Made by a program: the position numbers and the translations under genes. The notes beneath the pieces were generated by a model. That model made no database searches. It saw only the letters and a list, made by a program, of their open reading frames with translations, and had not been told where the DNA came from. A DNA stretch of 63,799 bases, filler included, from Kipferlia bialata (taxonomy: Eukaryota): NCBI GenBank assembly GCA_003568945.1. It is 5 parts of 5 records of this genome, joined end to end, with 100 filler letters (N's around TTAATTAATTAA, not from the genome) between each part and the next. Parts side by side here need not be neighbours in the genome. Positions count along the whole stretch, not along the records: positions 29,731 to 44,476 come from BDIP01000780.1; positions 44,577 to 59,303 come from BDIP01000781.1; 3 more parts are not named here. The stretch is one strand, 5' to 3'. Positions within the stretch are counted from its first letter, which is position 1, and every line of letters starts with the position of its first letter. Positions 41,095 through 52,580 of this stretch are shown piece by piece.

Positions 41095-41385
41095 GACTTT
41101 GACGGGGCAGGGGCATTGCTGAGGTAATTGTCAATAGCACCTCTTCACCCCTTAACAGTCATCAAGATATCTCTCTCTCTCTCTCTCTCTCTACACCCTT
41201 GTTGTTAACAGTCAGGGAGTCCTTCCCCGTTCTAGTCACTGCCGGCCTGTCTATGCTGTGCATCTCTCTCTCTCTCTCTTTCTACACCCTTATTAACTCT
41301 TAGGGAATCGTTCCCCGTCCTGGTCACTGCCGGCCTGTCTATGCTGTGCAGACTCATCCACTATATATTGCACTTCAGGGAGTGA
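29894..41385 (+). CDS. TMEM62-like metallophosphoesterase plus multi-pass membrane protein, over 20 exons, 5' partial
   Basis: QTFVFTHYPT, YKLTHHLH, MDITAASLQSSHARVYTSHSGTLSMTDI and PMVIPVLP follow the TMEM62 order (GHYP, GHLH, ELELGDW..YRI...FSFAD, WPVVLITNP). Several hydrophobic helices follow. Ends LCRLIHYILHFRE* (TGA 41383-41385). Confidence 0.62.
30744..31140 (+). repeat. Exon-echo array (GDPEVAALFDSCMGEF): intact exon plus three 3' copies
   Basis: Copies at ~30885, ~31007 and ~31097, each ending TTTAG|GT and starting out of (GA)n-rich sequence. Confidence 0.9.
38191..39002 (+). repeat. Exon-echo array around exon 38414-38527
   Basis: Two upstream 5' copies (GMVVKD[I/V]PTVNGVGDAFV) with acceptors. 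Four progressively shorter downstream 3' copies (..VPVVLLMVT|G[T/C]). Confidence 0.92.
39860..40560 (+). repeat. Exon-echo array: exon 39860-39969 plus five 3' copies
   Basis: C[L/M][I/V]TPMHRLSMQHS[V/A]|GT at ~40020, 40171, 40280, 40393 and 40510, each emerging from a (TG)n tract. Confidence 0.93.
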
Positions 41386-42114
41386 GGAGAGGTGGAGAGA
41401 GATAGGGAGAGAGAGAAGTAGGAGAGAGAGAGAGAGAGTTGGTCACTGCCGGCCTGTCCATGCTGTGCAGACTCATCCACTACATACTGCACTTTAGAGA
41501 GTGATAGGAAGAGAGAGAGAGAGAGAGAGAGCAGACTCATCCAGTGCTGCGCTTTAGGGAATGATCGGAAGAGAAGTGTGTGCGTGTGAGTATGTGGGTG
41601 GGAGAGAGACTCATCCACTGCGTATCACTTTTGTAGGAGTGATGAGAGAGAGTGACAGAGAGAGGGGGGGGGAGATGATGATGCTGTATGTTTACGTATG
41701 CCAAGGTTCCGTCTAGTTTAGTGGTTTCAAGTGTACAAGCAAGCTAGGGAGAGAGAGAGTGTGTGTACTCATGTTGGTAACCACATGGTCTGATGCGTAT
41801 TGGACCCCATTACAATATATATGTTCGTTATATGTGCCTCATACTTTGTGCAGTTACAGGGGACTACACAGCAGATCTTGCTACACAATTGCAGTTTATC
41901 CACTAGTGTCAGGGTCTGTCATACAAAGGCTCAGTGGAGTGCTAGCACTGTGCTACAGTGTAGCAGCTACACCCGCAATATGTAGACTCTGTTACTTGCG
42001 TAACGGCCATATCCTAAGGCTACGGCGACGCTTCGTATCAATAACTGGTATTAGCAAATTGGATAACACATAACAAGTGTTAACACATAGATAGAGAGAG
42101 AGCTAGAGTATTGG

Positions 42115-44476
42115 TCATATCCTACGACTGCGCCGACGCTTGGTATCCTCAAGAACTAGGGTGTGCGTACAGAGTATAATGATAAGGGTTATAGCCCAAT
42201 ACATATGTAAGGATCTCCCTATAAGACATATATGTATACCTGCTGGGTTCTCTTCCTCTATAATCTATACTCTCTCTCTCTCTCTCCCTAAATGTAAATA
42301 TACATACAAAGCAATGTATATATGTACATATAGGAGTATGTATGTATATGTATGAGTTTGTACTGCTGTATACCTGCTGGGTTCTCCGTCTCTTCCTCAG
42401 GCAACGTATTGGCACTTATACTAACTCTCTCCCCTACTTGCTCTTCTTGTGTCTCTCTATCAGCTGCTGATGCTGAGGCATTGTCATCGTCACTTGATGT
42501 GCATACGTTGATTATACCTGGGAATCAGTTATATATACTTATAGCGAGAGGGAATATGAATATCAGAGAGCGACAGGGTAGGTATATCCACTCCAGTGTT
42601 CAATATACTATGTGGGGGAGAGCGGGATAGAAATACTGTGTGTGTGGGAGAGGGGGAGAGAGAGAGGAAATACGTTCATACCAGGCAATGACTCCTTACA
42701 CGAGGATATAGGTGGGGATGTATGGACAGGCGGAGCCTCAAGGGCAACGGCATTGCACACACCTGGGGTAAGTGAGAAGAACCTTAATATCAATATGGTG
42801 TAGAGAGAGAGAGAGAGAGAGCATCGTACTAGTTTGGGCCCTGTTGGATACGTAAGTTCTAGGTATAAATACACTTGACCCCACTACACGTTACATCTCT
42901 GGCTATACCGTGTCTGTCAAAGTACTGGGCCTTATGATACTATCTACATATATATATATATATATATATATCTCCTAGTATTTCTATATATATATGCATC
43001 ACTAACCGGAGCGTGTCTGTCATAGAACTAGTCAATATATAATACTACATTCTACCAAAATAGCTATTATATACTATATATACTATATATAGTATATAGT
43101 ACTTGCTAATCACTAACCCGGTGCGTGTCTGGCCATACCGTGTCTGTCAAAGTACTGGGCACGTTTGCTACTCAATCGACCTGCGTGTAAGACGTTGTGC
43201 TTATATGCATGTATGTAACATATAGCAGTGTATATATTGTAACTGAATATGTCATATACGATCCCGTTTGCTACTTAGGCGTACTGGGTGTAAGACAGAT
43301 AAACACACGCAGACACAAACATAAGAGACCTGTGGGTTGTGAAGCTAGATGTCTCTCCTGTTCAGAAAGAACATGAGTGTCCATACAATACACACATATA
43401 TACAATTGTGTTTGGGTATTTACATATATACAAGTGAACGCATACACCTGACTCTTCTGGGTATACATGCAGTATGCCCCCTAGCACTGTGTAGCACAGC
43501 CACACCACTGCTAGACATGCACCACCGAGGGCCGCAATGACATAAGGACCATAGTACCTAGAATGAGAGGGAGAGAGAGAGAGAGGCCTTAATACCTATG
43601 CTGAAGAAGAGACAAATACACACATGTATAGAGGTAATAGAGCACCCAAAATACATACTATGAGCACTATAATGCACATTAGTCTCATAACGTGTTACAT
43701 GCGTAGCAACGTACATGTGTGTGCTCCTAGGCGCCTGCCAGTACTCATGCTCCATTGACAGGGAAACATACATCAGGTAGAATCTAAGGGCGGACTCCGC
43801 AGCGAACAGGACCGATGCTAAAGATAGCATGCCGAAATAGTACTGTGAGTTAGAGAAAAAGAGAGAGAGAAAGAGAGAGTATTGGGAGGACGGCTGCTTA
43901 AGAGACCATGCCAGAATGGTACTATCTACTATACACACACATATATATACACGGTACTATATAATATACTTACTTGCATACAAATTTATACACATATCAT
44001 ATACTTACCTGTCTCCTATCTGGGTTCCCATCCTCGACAGCCTCTGAGAAGTAGCTCTCATAGAAGAAGGTGACTGACTGTCAGATACACACCATTGAAT
44101 GATAACATCGGTAAAGTATATGTTTTGCAGTAGAGCATATATCCTCCAGAAGAGGGTGACCGGGTATCAGTAGTCTATCCTACTACAGTATATATTGTAT
44201 ACATATAGTAGGGCATATATATCTACCATAGTATATATTGTATACATGTAGTAGGGTATATATATGTAGCTCTCATAGAAGAAGGTGACCGGTTGTAAGT
44301 ACTATACAGTGTGTTACTATTACCATTATATACAAGTCTACTATACTATAGTATCTTCCACTTGACTGTAAAGCGTTACATAGCCACGACCACTCAGAAT
44401 GTATAACTGTACCTATAAGGGCTATCTCGAGCCCCAGCATGATGAGCCAGCCCCAGTCCCAGGCACCTGCCGCAAT
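42115..44476 (-). CDS. Multi-pass membrane protein with acidic cytoplasmic tail, 5' partial
   Basis: Exons IAAGAWDWGWLIMLGLEIALI, VTFFYESYFSEAVEDGNPDRRQ, YYFGMLSLASVLFAAESALRFYLMYVSL, YYGPYVIAALGGACLAVVWLCYTVLGAYCMY, ... LEDTKRRRSRRI*. Confidence 0.6.
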
Positions 44477-44576
44477 NNNNNNNNNNNNNNNNNNNNNNNN
44501 NNNNNNNNNNNNNNNNNNNNTTAATTAATTAANNNNNNNNNNNNNNNNNNNNNNNNNNNNNNNNNNNNNNNNNNNN
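44477..44576. other. Artificial scaffold-concatenation spacer
   Basis: N44-TTAATTAATTAA-N44. Confidence 0.97.
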
Positions 44577-44873
44577 CCCCCCCCTCTCTCTCCCTCCAAC
44601 CCCTGTCTGTTTATGTTATATACCTACCGACTTCCCTCTCTCTCCACTATCTCGATTTCTATGTCCCTCCTTCTCTGCCACTCCATTCACTCATGTGCCC
44701 TAGTAATATGTATATATAGATATACTTATTGGTTTCCACATATCATATGTGACATATGTGATATTAATCCTTCTCTCTCTTCCCCTCATACCAGATGCAA
44801 GTACCCTGGACTGTGACACTGTCTCTGTTGGTCAAAGTGCATAATATTCCTCTCTCTACCCCTAATATACCAG

Positions 44874-45746
44874 ATGCATGTTCATTGGATTCCAGTACCC
44901 CGGTCTCTGTTGGTTCAAGTTCACCTGACCCCCTGACACAGAGAGGCACTCTCATCAAGGAGATGTTGGGAGTATGTTGCAGGTAGAGAACACATTATAA
45001 TGTATTGTAGTAATATAGTAATATATCTGTATTATAGTATTATACCTGTTCAGTCGTAAGTACTACTCTCTGGCTCTCTCCTACATCTGCGCTCCCTGGG
45101 ATCTATCTCTCTCTCCCTCCCTCTCTCTTCCTCTCACCGCCTAGAATTGCATCTGCTGCACTGACCCACTACCAGGACGGGGTGTGCAAGGTACTGTGTA
45201 TCATATTTAGTTTACTGTGTACAAATATATGTATTCTTGTTAATCTATGTATTCATGTATAGGTGTCAGAGGACAAGATACGCCTCCACTGCATTATGTG
45301 TCTAGAGGGAGAGAGAGATAGAACAGTGACACATGGTGACAGTGCCATACAGAGACAGAAGGAGAGAGAGAGACAGAAGAGGGATGCCGCCCTGGTGGCC
45401 CTGCTGTCTATGCACAAGGGGGTGGCTAGTGTGCAGGTAAATTGACTACATATATATATGAGTATACTCATATTATATTGTATACTATATACTATATATA
45501 TAGTATAATCTAGTGGCCCTGCTGTCAATGCACAAATGGGTGGCTAGTGTGCAGGTATATGTGTATAGGTGTATGCTATATTGAGTCTCTCTATCTCCTC
45601 ACTATGAGACTATAGTCTCTGTCCCTCTGCATGTGCGTGGTCCATAGTCTCTATCTCTATACAAATATGTCTTCTGTATATATATATATACCATCACTCA
45701 TCCATATACTGTGTCTGACCCCTCCTCCACTGCCTGGTGTATAGAA

Positions 45747-45779
<33 letters not shown>

Positions 45780-45838
45780 GTATGTATGTCTTTGCTAACC
45801 ATTCAGACTGTGTCTGACCCCTCCACTGCCTGGTGCAT

Positions 45839-45872
<34 letters not shown>

Positions 45873-46757
45873 CATATATTCTCTCTCACCCCTAGTCTGT
45901 CTCTGACCCTACCTCCGCTGCCTGGTGCATAGTGTCATCGGCAAGGGGGGTGGCATCAGGTGCAAAGAGTACAAGGTATTAGTATCATCACATACATACA
46001 TTACAGTATACTGAGTATTTATGTATGTATGTGCATAGTGTCATCGGCAAGGGGGGTGGCATCTGGTACAAAGAATACAAGGTATGGTAGATATATATTC
46101 ATAAATGTATATCTCTATCCACTCCGGATATGTCTAAACTCAACTCTGACCACAGCAAGAGACGTGCACCCTCCCCAATACCCAACCCCAGACACAAGAG
46201 AGGCAGAGAGAGAGGCAGAGAGAGGGGTAGGGTCAGTCAACAGGAGGAGTTCCTGCATGACCTGTTGGCTAGTGTGCCTGGGGTGTCTGGTGATGTGGCA
46301 GAGGCAGTGGCTAAGAAGGTACTTGTGGATACTATATCTGATATATATGTATATATAGTATATCCTGCTGTCTGGTGTGCCTGGGGTGTCTATCGATGTG
46401 GCAGAGTGTGTGTCATAAGGTATAACTATGATATTGATATACGTATTGTGTATATAGTGTATAGATATTATGACCTATTGTCTGGTATCCTCAATACATT
46501 GTATACTTAGATACCACTAGGTCACTCCCCCATACATACCCAGTGTATGATGTTGATACAAACCCCAGCATGGGTCTCTTGTCTCTCTGGCCAGTGCTCT
46601 ATCAGAACCAAAGAGTAGTGGGGTAAAGAAGGGAGGGAGAGAGACAAAGAGAGACAGCAAGGGTAAGAGTAAGAAGCCTACTCCTGTCCTCAAGGGTCCT
46701 GGTACATCTGCCATCACAGCACTGATGATGAGTGAGGACAGGGATGCACCGTTGTAG
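44874..46757 (+). CDS. EME1: EME1/Mms4-like crossover-junction endonuclease subunit, C-terminal part
   Basis: Degenerate ERCC4-like segment (IMCLEG...DAALVALL), HhH EFLHDLLASVPGVSGDVAEAVAKKHGSLVSLASAL, and terminal GPGTSAITALMMSEDRDAPL*, which resembles the EME1 C-terminus. Confidence 0.6.
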
Positions 46758-47545
46758 TGAGTGCTGTGTTGGAATTACCTGTGTCACAGGGTCAACTGAG
46801 TTCTTTCAGAAAGAAATGGATGTGTGTTACACATATATCTGCTATCATAAATTGTTTGCCCTTTCCCACTCATAAGTATGGTTCCGTCAACACTATTCTA
46901 GCCCCTCCATTCACACAACGAGTAATATTGGGGGTTTAGAGGAGAGGAGGATACAAAGAGAAGAGAGGAAGAGAATAGGAGTAGAGAGAGGCAGTATGCT
47001 GAAGGAAATAGAGGGCCCATGCCCTGAAGAACAAATCTCCTACTGGCTATGCAAGTGAAGGCGATAGTATCAAATATGGAGGCAACTGGGAACATGGAGA
47101 AATTACATTGTTCTATTATACAGTTGCTCCGGAAGAGCGTTGCAGTATGAAAAACTACTATTATGAGTATGAGAGAGTATATAGTAGTTCTGCTTGACTG
47201 ACTGAATAGTCAGTCATCCTGCCTTCGTCTTTCTCTTCTTCCCCTGTCTCTCTTACAACCTATGCGTATCTCGACCAGGCCTCCACAAATGAGCAAAGGG
47301 TACATGTACAGTGCATATCCATACACTGATCGAGTGCGGACCACACTACTACCACACCACTCGCTTGACTCGGTCACCATGTACTGCCTGTCCAAACGAC
47401 ACTGCTGTCGACCCAATGCACACATACACCAATTCAGTATGCCTTGCCAAGGGAACACTCGAAACGACGGGAGGGTAGGGGGGGGTTGTCTGCATACACT
47501 CTAGAGCCCCAGTGATGAAGTCAGTGAGAGCTCTGAGATGGGCTG

Positions 47546-47628
47546 CGTATGCCCCTCTCTCTCTCTCTCTCTCTCTCTAGTGCGTATGCCCCTCTCTCTC
47601 TAGTGCGTATGCCCCTCTCTCTCTCTAG
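47546..47628 (+). repeat. Three tandem copies of GCGTATGCCC(CT)nAGT just beyond the stop of the minus-strand gene
   Basis: Seen directly; unit length varies through (CT)n. Confidence 0.85.
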
Positions 47629-49978
47629 TTACCGCTTCCCCTTCCTCTCCTGCCTCCATGCCTCCCTGGCAGCAGACAGCACACCTGATACTGCCCTGGG
47701 TGTTAGTATATGAATACACCCATATATATATATATACAATAGTCAATACATTAGGTCTCCCTGGCAACACACAGCACACCGGACACGGCCCTACAGAAAG
47801 GAGTAAGGAGCAAGGATATATCTACATTATAACACTCCAATGTACATATATACAAGAGTGGTTCAGACAGCACACCTGCGAGGGGCAGGGAGTAACACAC
47901 CATATATGTATATATACTCTACTCGATAGCTTATACTAGTATAGTAATATATATATATACCTAGTCTTCTGTAGAGCATATCCCGCCCCCACCCACTGCC
48001 CAAGGGACAGGGGCAGAGAGACATCCATCATAAACAATACTGTATATATATAAATATATATAATTAATACTATTGTCATTATATATATACCTAGTCTTCT
48101 GTAAGGCATATCCCGCCCCCACCCACTGCCCAAGGGACAGGGGCAGGGATATCCACTATATATATGTATGTATACACATATACCTTATCATAATTGTATT
48201 AATATTATATATATACCTTGTCTTCTGTAGGGCATACCCTGCCCCCACCCACTGGTTGAGTGATAGGGGCAGGGAGACAGACTGGGTGGAGAGGAGAGAG
48301 GTCAGGGCCTTGTGGAACCTCTTGTCCCTTGGGGTTAGGGAGAGAGAGACAGAGAGAGAGAGAGAGACAGACTGGGTGGAGAGGAGAGAGGTCAGGGTCT
48401 TGTGGAAACGCTTATCCCTTGGGGTTAGGGAGAGAGAGAGAGAGAGAGAGAGANNNNNNNNNNNNNNNNNNNNNNNNNNNNNNNNNNNNAGAGAGAGAGA
48501 GAGAGAGACAGACTGGGTGGAGAGGAGAGAGGTCAGGGCCTTGTCCCTAGGGGTGAGGGAGATGTATATATTAACTATATATACAATCTATTTATAATAT
48601 AAATATACATTAAACATCAAGTATCTGGCCATGTCATGGTGTCTCTTGACAAAGGCGGTGAATATATATACATACACCACATATACACTGCATATACAAC
48701 ATACTATACAATATAGACTATGTATATACACACCTACAATGCATCAGGTCTGTGGCCATGTCTGGGTATATATATACATATACTATACATATATATACTA
48801 TATATATATATATATATGTATACTATGTATACTATGTATACTATGTATGTACCTGCAGTGCATGAGGTCTGTGGCCATGTCTGGGTATATATACATACAT
48901 ACACCATACATTATATACAATACACTATATACATTATATAATATACACTATATATATTATACACTATACACTATATACTATCCTATGTATACTGTGTATA
49001 TATGTATACCTGCAGTGCATGAGGTCTGTGGCCATGTCTGGGTATATATATATATATATACACATACACCAAATATACACTACATATACTATTTCTACTA
49101 CATACTCTATACATATATACTACATATACTATACACACCTGCAGTGCATCAGGTCCGTGGCCATGTCTGGGTATACATATATATATACTATATGTATATA
49201 TACATACACTATATACACTATACACTATCTACACTATGTAAATACCTACAATGCATCAGGTCCGTGGCCATATCTGGGTGTCTCTTCACCAATGCAGTGT
49301 GCAGGGCAGTGCCCTCAACAATAATGGCTAGAGGTTAGACAGGTTCATGTATACATACAATTATAGAGAGAGAGAAAGAAAGAGAAATTATGGACCAGGG
49401 TGTAGAGCAGTGCCTTCGACAATACCAGCTAGAGAGGTTGGAGCCATGTGGAATATGTATAGGAAGGGGGGAGAGAGAGGGAGAGATTATGGACTAGGGC
49501 AGTGTACAGGCCAGAGCCCTCAACAATGATGGCTAGAGGTTACACATACTACAAGTCTCCATATATATATATATACATATAAATGAATGGAGAGAGAGAC
49601 AGAAGGAGTTGCCCTCAAAATGGGTGTGGTTGAGAGAAAGAGAGGGAGAATGTGTAGTGTTCTCAAGGCTCAACGTTGATGAATTGAGGTAAGAGACACG
49701 TATACACGTAGATAGAGAGGGTATGGAGAGACACACAAGGATGCATACCGGTGATCAATGCATGGAACAACTCAGGGTCCCCACTCTGGTACCTGGAGAT
49801 GAGACACGTGGATAGAGAGGGGACACAGTATGTGACACAACACGTACACTCTGGGATCAAGGAAGATATCCCGCCTCAGGTACCCTCTGAGCCCAGTCTC
49901 AAGACCCCTAAGCTCACTCACAAACAGTGGGTTAGGCACAGGAGCACGCTTCTTGGGGAGAGGAGGACAGGCGTGCAT
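47629..49978 (-). CDS. Small hypothetical protein, five exons, heavily echoed
   Basis: MHACPPLPKKRAPVPNPLFVSELRGLETGLRG, YQSGDPELFHALIT, AIIVEGTALHTALVKRHPDMATDLMHCR, DKRFHKALTSLLSTQSVSLPLSLNQWVGAGYALQKTR, CAVCCQGGMEAGEEGKR*. Confidence 0.55.
48620..49535 (-). repeat. Exon-echo array around exon ~49247-49328
   Basis: Two upstream 5' copies (~49400-49535) and five downstream copies (PDMATDLMHC-type at ~49140, 49010, 48853, 48735; internal fragment at ~48622). Confidence 0.9.
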
Positions 49979-50152
49979 TACAGACACCAGTATCAAGAGG
50001 GTGAACTTTGCGCCAGCACGTGCAAATGTGACATTTGAAATGTCCGACATTTTGCCTTCCTGCACCCTTTTGTGATTCACTACACCCTTTTGTGTTTCTG
50101 GACCGTGTAGTGGTGTCTAAATCCAGAGACCTCTCCCTTTACACATACAGCG

Positions 50153-50634
50153 ATGGCGCATCCCGATGCGTCTAGAACCACAGGCTCTGCGGCACCCGTG
50201 AGTGTCCTACACAGTGCCAGCTTCACTGCGACCTACTCCTGGGGCAAGAAGCTTGGCGAGGGTGCCTTTGGAACCGTTCACAGGGTGAGGGGTCTAGTAT
50301 ACAGGGGTATATACGATATGTCTGTATGATGGTTTGAAATGGGGGTGGAGTTATGTGGGCTTATACTGCCTGTGGGTGTTATGGGTGAGCTGTAGGTCGC
50401 AGAACGTGCCGTGTAGGTGTGTGTGCGGTGTATACCCTGGGTGTGGGTGGCTATATTTGTATCACTGACACCGACTGTATGAGATTGATCTCAGCCTGGT
50501 GTTAATGTCTTGTCAGTAACCCCTGCACCCTGTCGCTGTGTATATGTATATCAAACTGACCCCAGGTGACCAGGAGGAGTGATGGCAAGGTGTTTGCCGG
50601 CAAGAAGCTGAACCTGGGAGAGCTCAGGAGAAAG
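50153..50634 (+). CDS. Ser/Thr kinase N-lobe (NEK-like), first two exons only
   Basis: YSWGKKLGEGAFGTVHR|VTRRSDGKVFAGKKLNL: GxGxFG loop and catalytic Lys. The rest of the domain is not found before the poly-C tract at ~50891-51002. Confidence 0.75.
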
Positions 50635-50891
50635 GTGAGGGGAAATCATACCTTAACCTTAATCTGTACAGGTGTTGTATAATTGCGACTTATATGGACG
50701 TCTAGGGGTTGAATTCTGCCGCGGGTTGTATATTGGTGGGTTAGTGTACTAGAGTCCCTGTGTATGACTGAGCTTCTTCACTTGTCAAGAACATGCATAC
50801 ATACTTGGGTACGGATATACTTGGGGGGGGTGGGGGGGGCACTCGAGTACCCCCACTCTTGATTTCTTTTGGTGTTACACTAGTTGGTGCG

Positions 50892-50928
<37 letters not shown>

Positions 50929-51075
50929 CCCCCCCCCCCCCCCTCCCCCCCCCCCCCCCCCCCCCCCCCGCTTTCTCCCCCCGTCGCTCCTCCCCCCCCC
51001 CCACTCTCTCTTTCGATCCTCTCTCTTCCTTGTTCTATCTTGTCTCTCATATATAGGTCCATGTTGACAACCACG

Positions 51076-51114
<39 letters not shown>

Positions 51115-51153
51115 GATACTATCTCGTTACTGTCTCTGCCTTGTCTCACCCAG

Positions 51154-52545
51154 GTCCATGTTGATAATTGTGGCCTGAGCAATGAAGTGGTATCCCTCAT
51201 CAGTACCTATGTCAACTTGTCAAGTGAGGAGAGACAGGAAAGGGCGGAGGAGGAGAGAGAAGTGAATGAGTGGGCAGACATGATGGCGGCTGATTATCTA
51301 GAGGATGAGAGACTAGAGGCTGAGAGGCTAGAGGCGGAGAGACTAGAGGCGGAGAGGCTGGAGGCTGAGAGAGTAGAAGCAGAGAGGGTTGAGGCTGAGA
51401 GACAGCGTCTGCACCAGGAGTGGCTGGTGTCCCTCCCCCCTCTTGTCGATACACTCCTCTCCCGCATAGACAGACTGGAGAAACTGACCCAGGTACATCC
51501 ATCTCTCTCTCTCTCTTTCTCTGTCTGTCTCCCCAATGCCCATTCTCTTTCTTTCCCCCCCCCTCTCTGTCCCTCTTTCTCTCTCTTATATATATACATG
51601 TATATCCAAGCTAGAGACTCTGACCTCAGGGCGTAGGAGAGCAGTTCAGAGCCTTCTCCGCCGACTCCCTCCCCACCCTCTCCTCTCTCAAGGTGTCCCT
51701 CGAGGCCCATGATGCCAGTGCCATACCCACCACTGTATCCAGTATCACATCCTATACCCCAGTGGCACAGGGATTGGAGGCATCTCTCTCTGAGCTGACA
51801 GGGTTCCTGGAGGCACACCCTACCCCCATGCTAAAGGTATTATGTGGGTATTTATGCACAACATAGGGACACATATTCCCTGAGGTATAACCATATACTT
51901 CCCAACCGACTCCCCCCCCACGACTCTGTTGTGTACACGCATATGTATATATATGTCTCACCCCCAGGGCGAAGACTGTGCATCTCTGTAGTTAGGTGTA
52001 TATATATACTCTCTCTCTATATATATGCTATGCACCTGCCCCCACTCCCTTCTCACCCCCAGGGCGAGGACTGTGCCTGCCTCCACCTCACCCTGTCCAC
52101 CCTGTTGACATGCTTCACAGAGTGCTATGAGGCAGTCTCCTCCTGCACAGACACCTTCAACCCAGAGGAGGGGGTAGGTCTGCTACGCACTGCCTCTACG
52201 TTGCTAGATGCAGTCCGTGCCACATACCCCATACCCCTGCCCCTGGACACCACCGCATTGGACCTGGATGGCAGGTATGTGTATTTGTATTTGTGTATAT
52301 AGAGAGAGAGAGAGAGTGCAGTACTTTGTGACCCCAGGGCCAAGTACTTTGTGGCACAGCAGTACAACACTGTGCTGGCTGAGGTCTATAGGGTGGCACA
52401 ACCACTAATACAGGTGGCAGGGCAGGTATGGTGTTTATGAAATATGTTTTACTAGCCCCTCTACCCCCCCCCCCTCCCTACCCTTCATTGTTTGCTAGGT
52501 CGCAGAACAGGTATTGTGTGAGTAGGTTTAGGGATACCGGTGTTC

Positions 52546-52580
<35 letters not shown>

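Noticed and set aside
3..49600. Many ORF-track entries rich in YIYI, SLSL, RERE or poly-X
   Set aside because: They are translations of (AT)n, (CT)n, (AG)n or N gaps.
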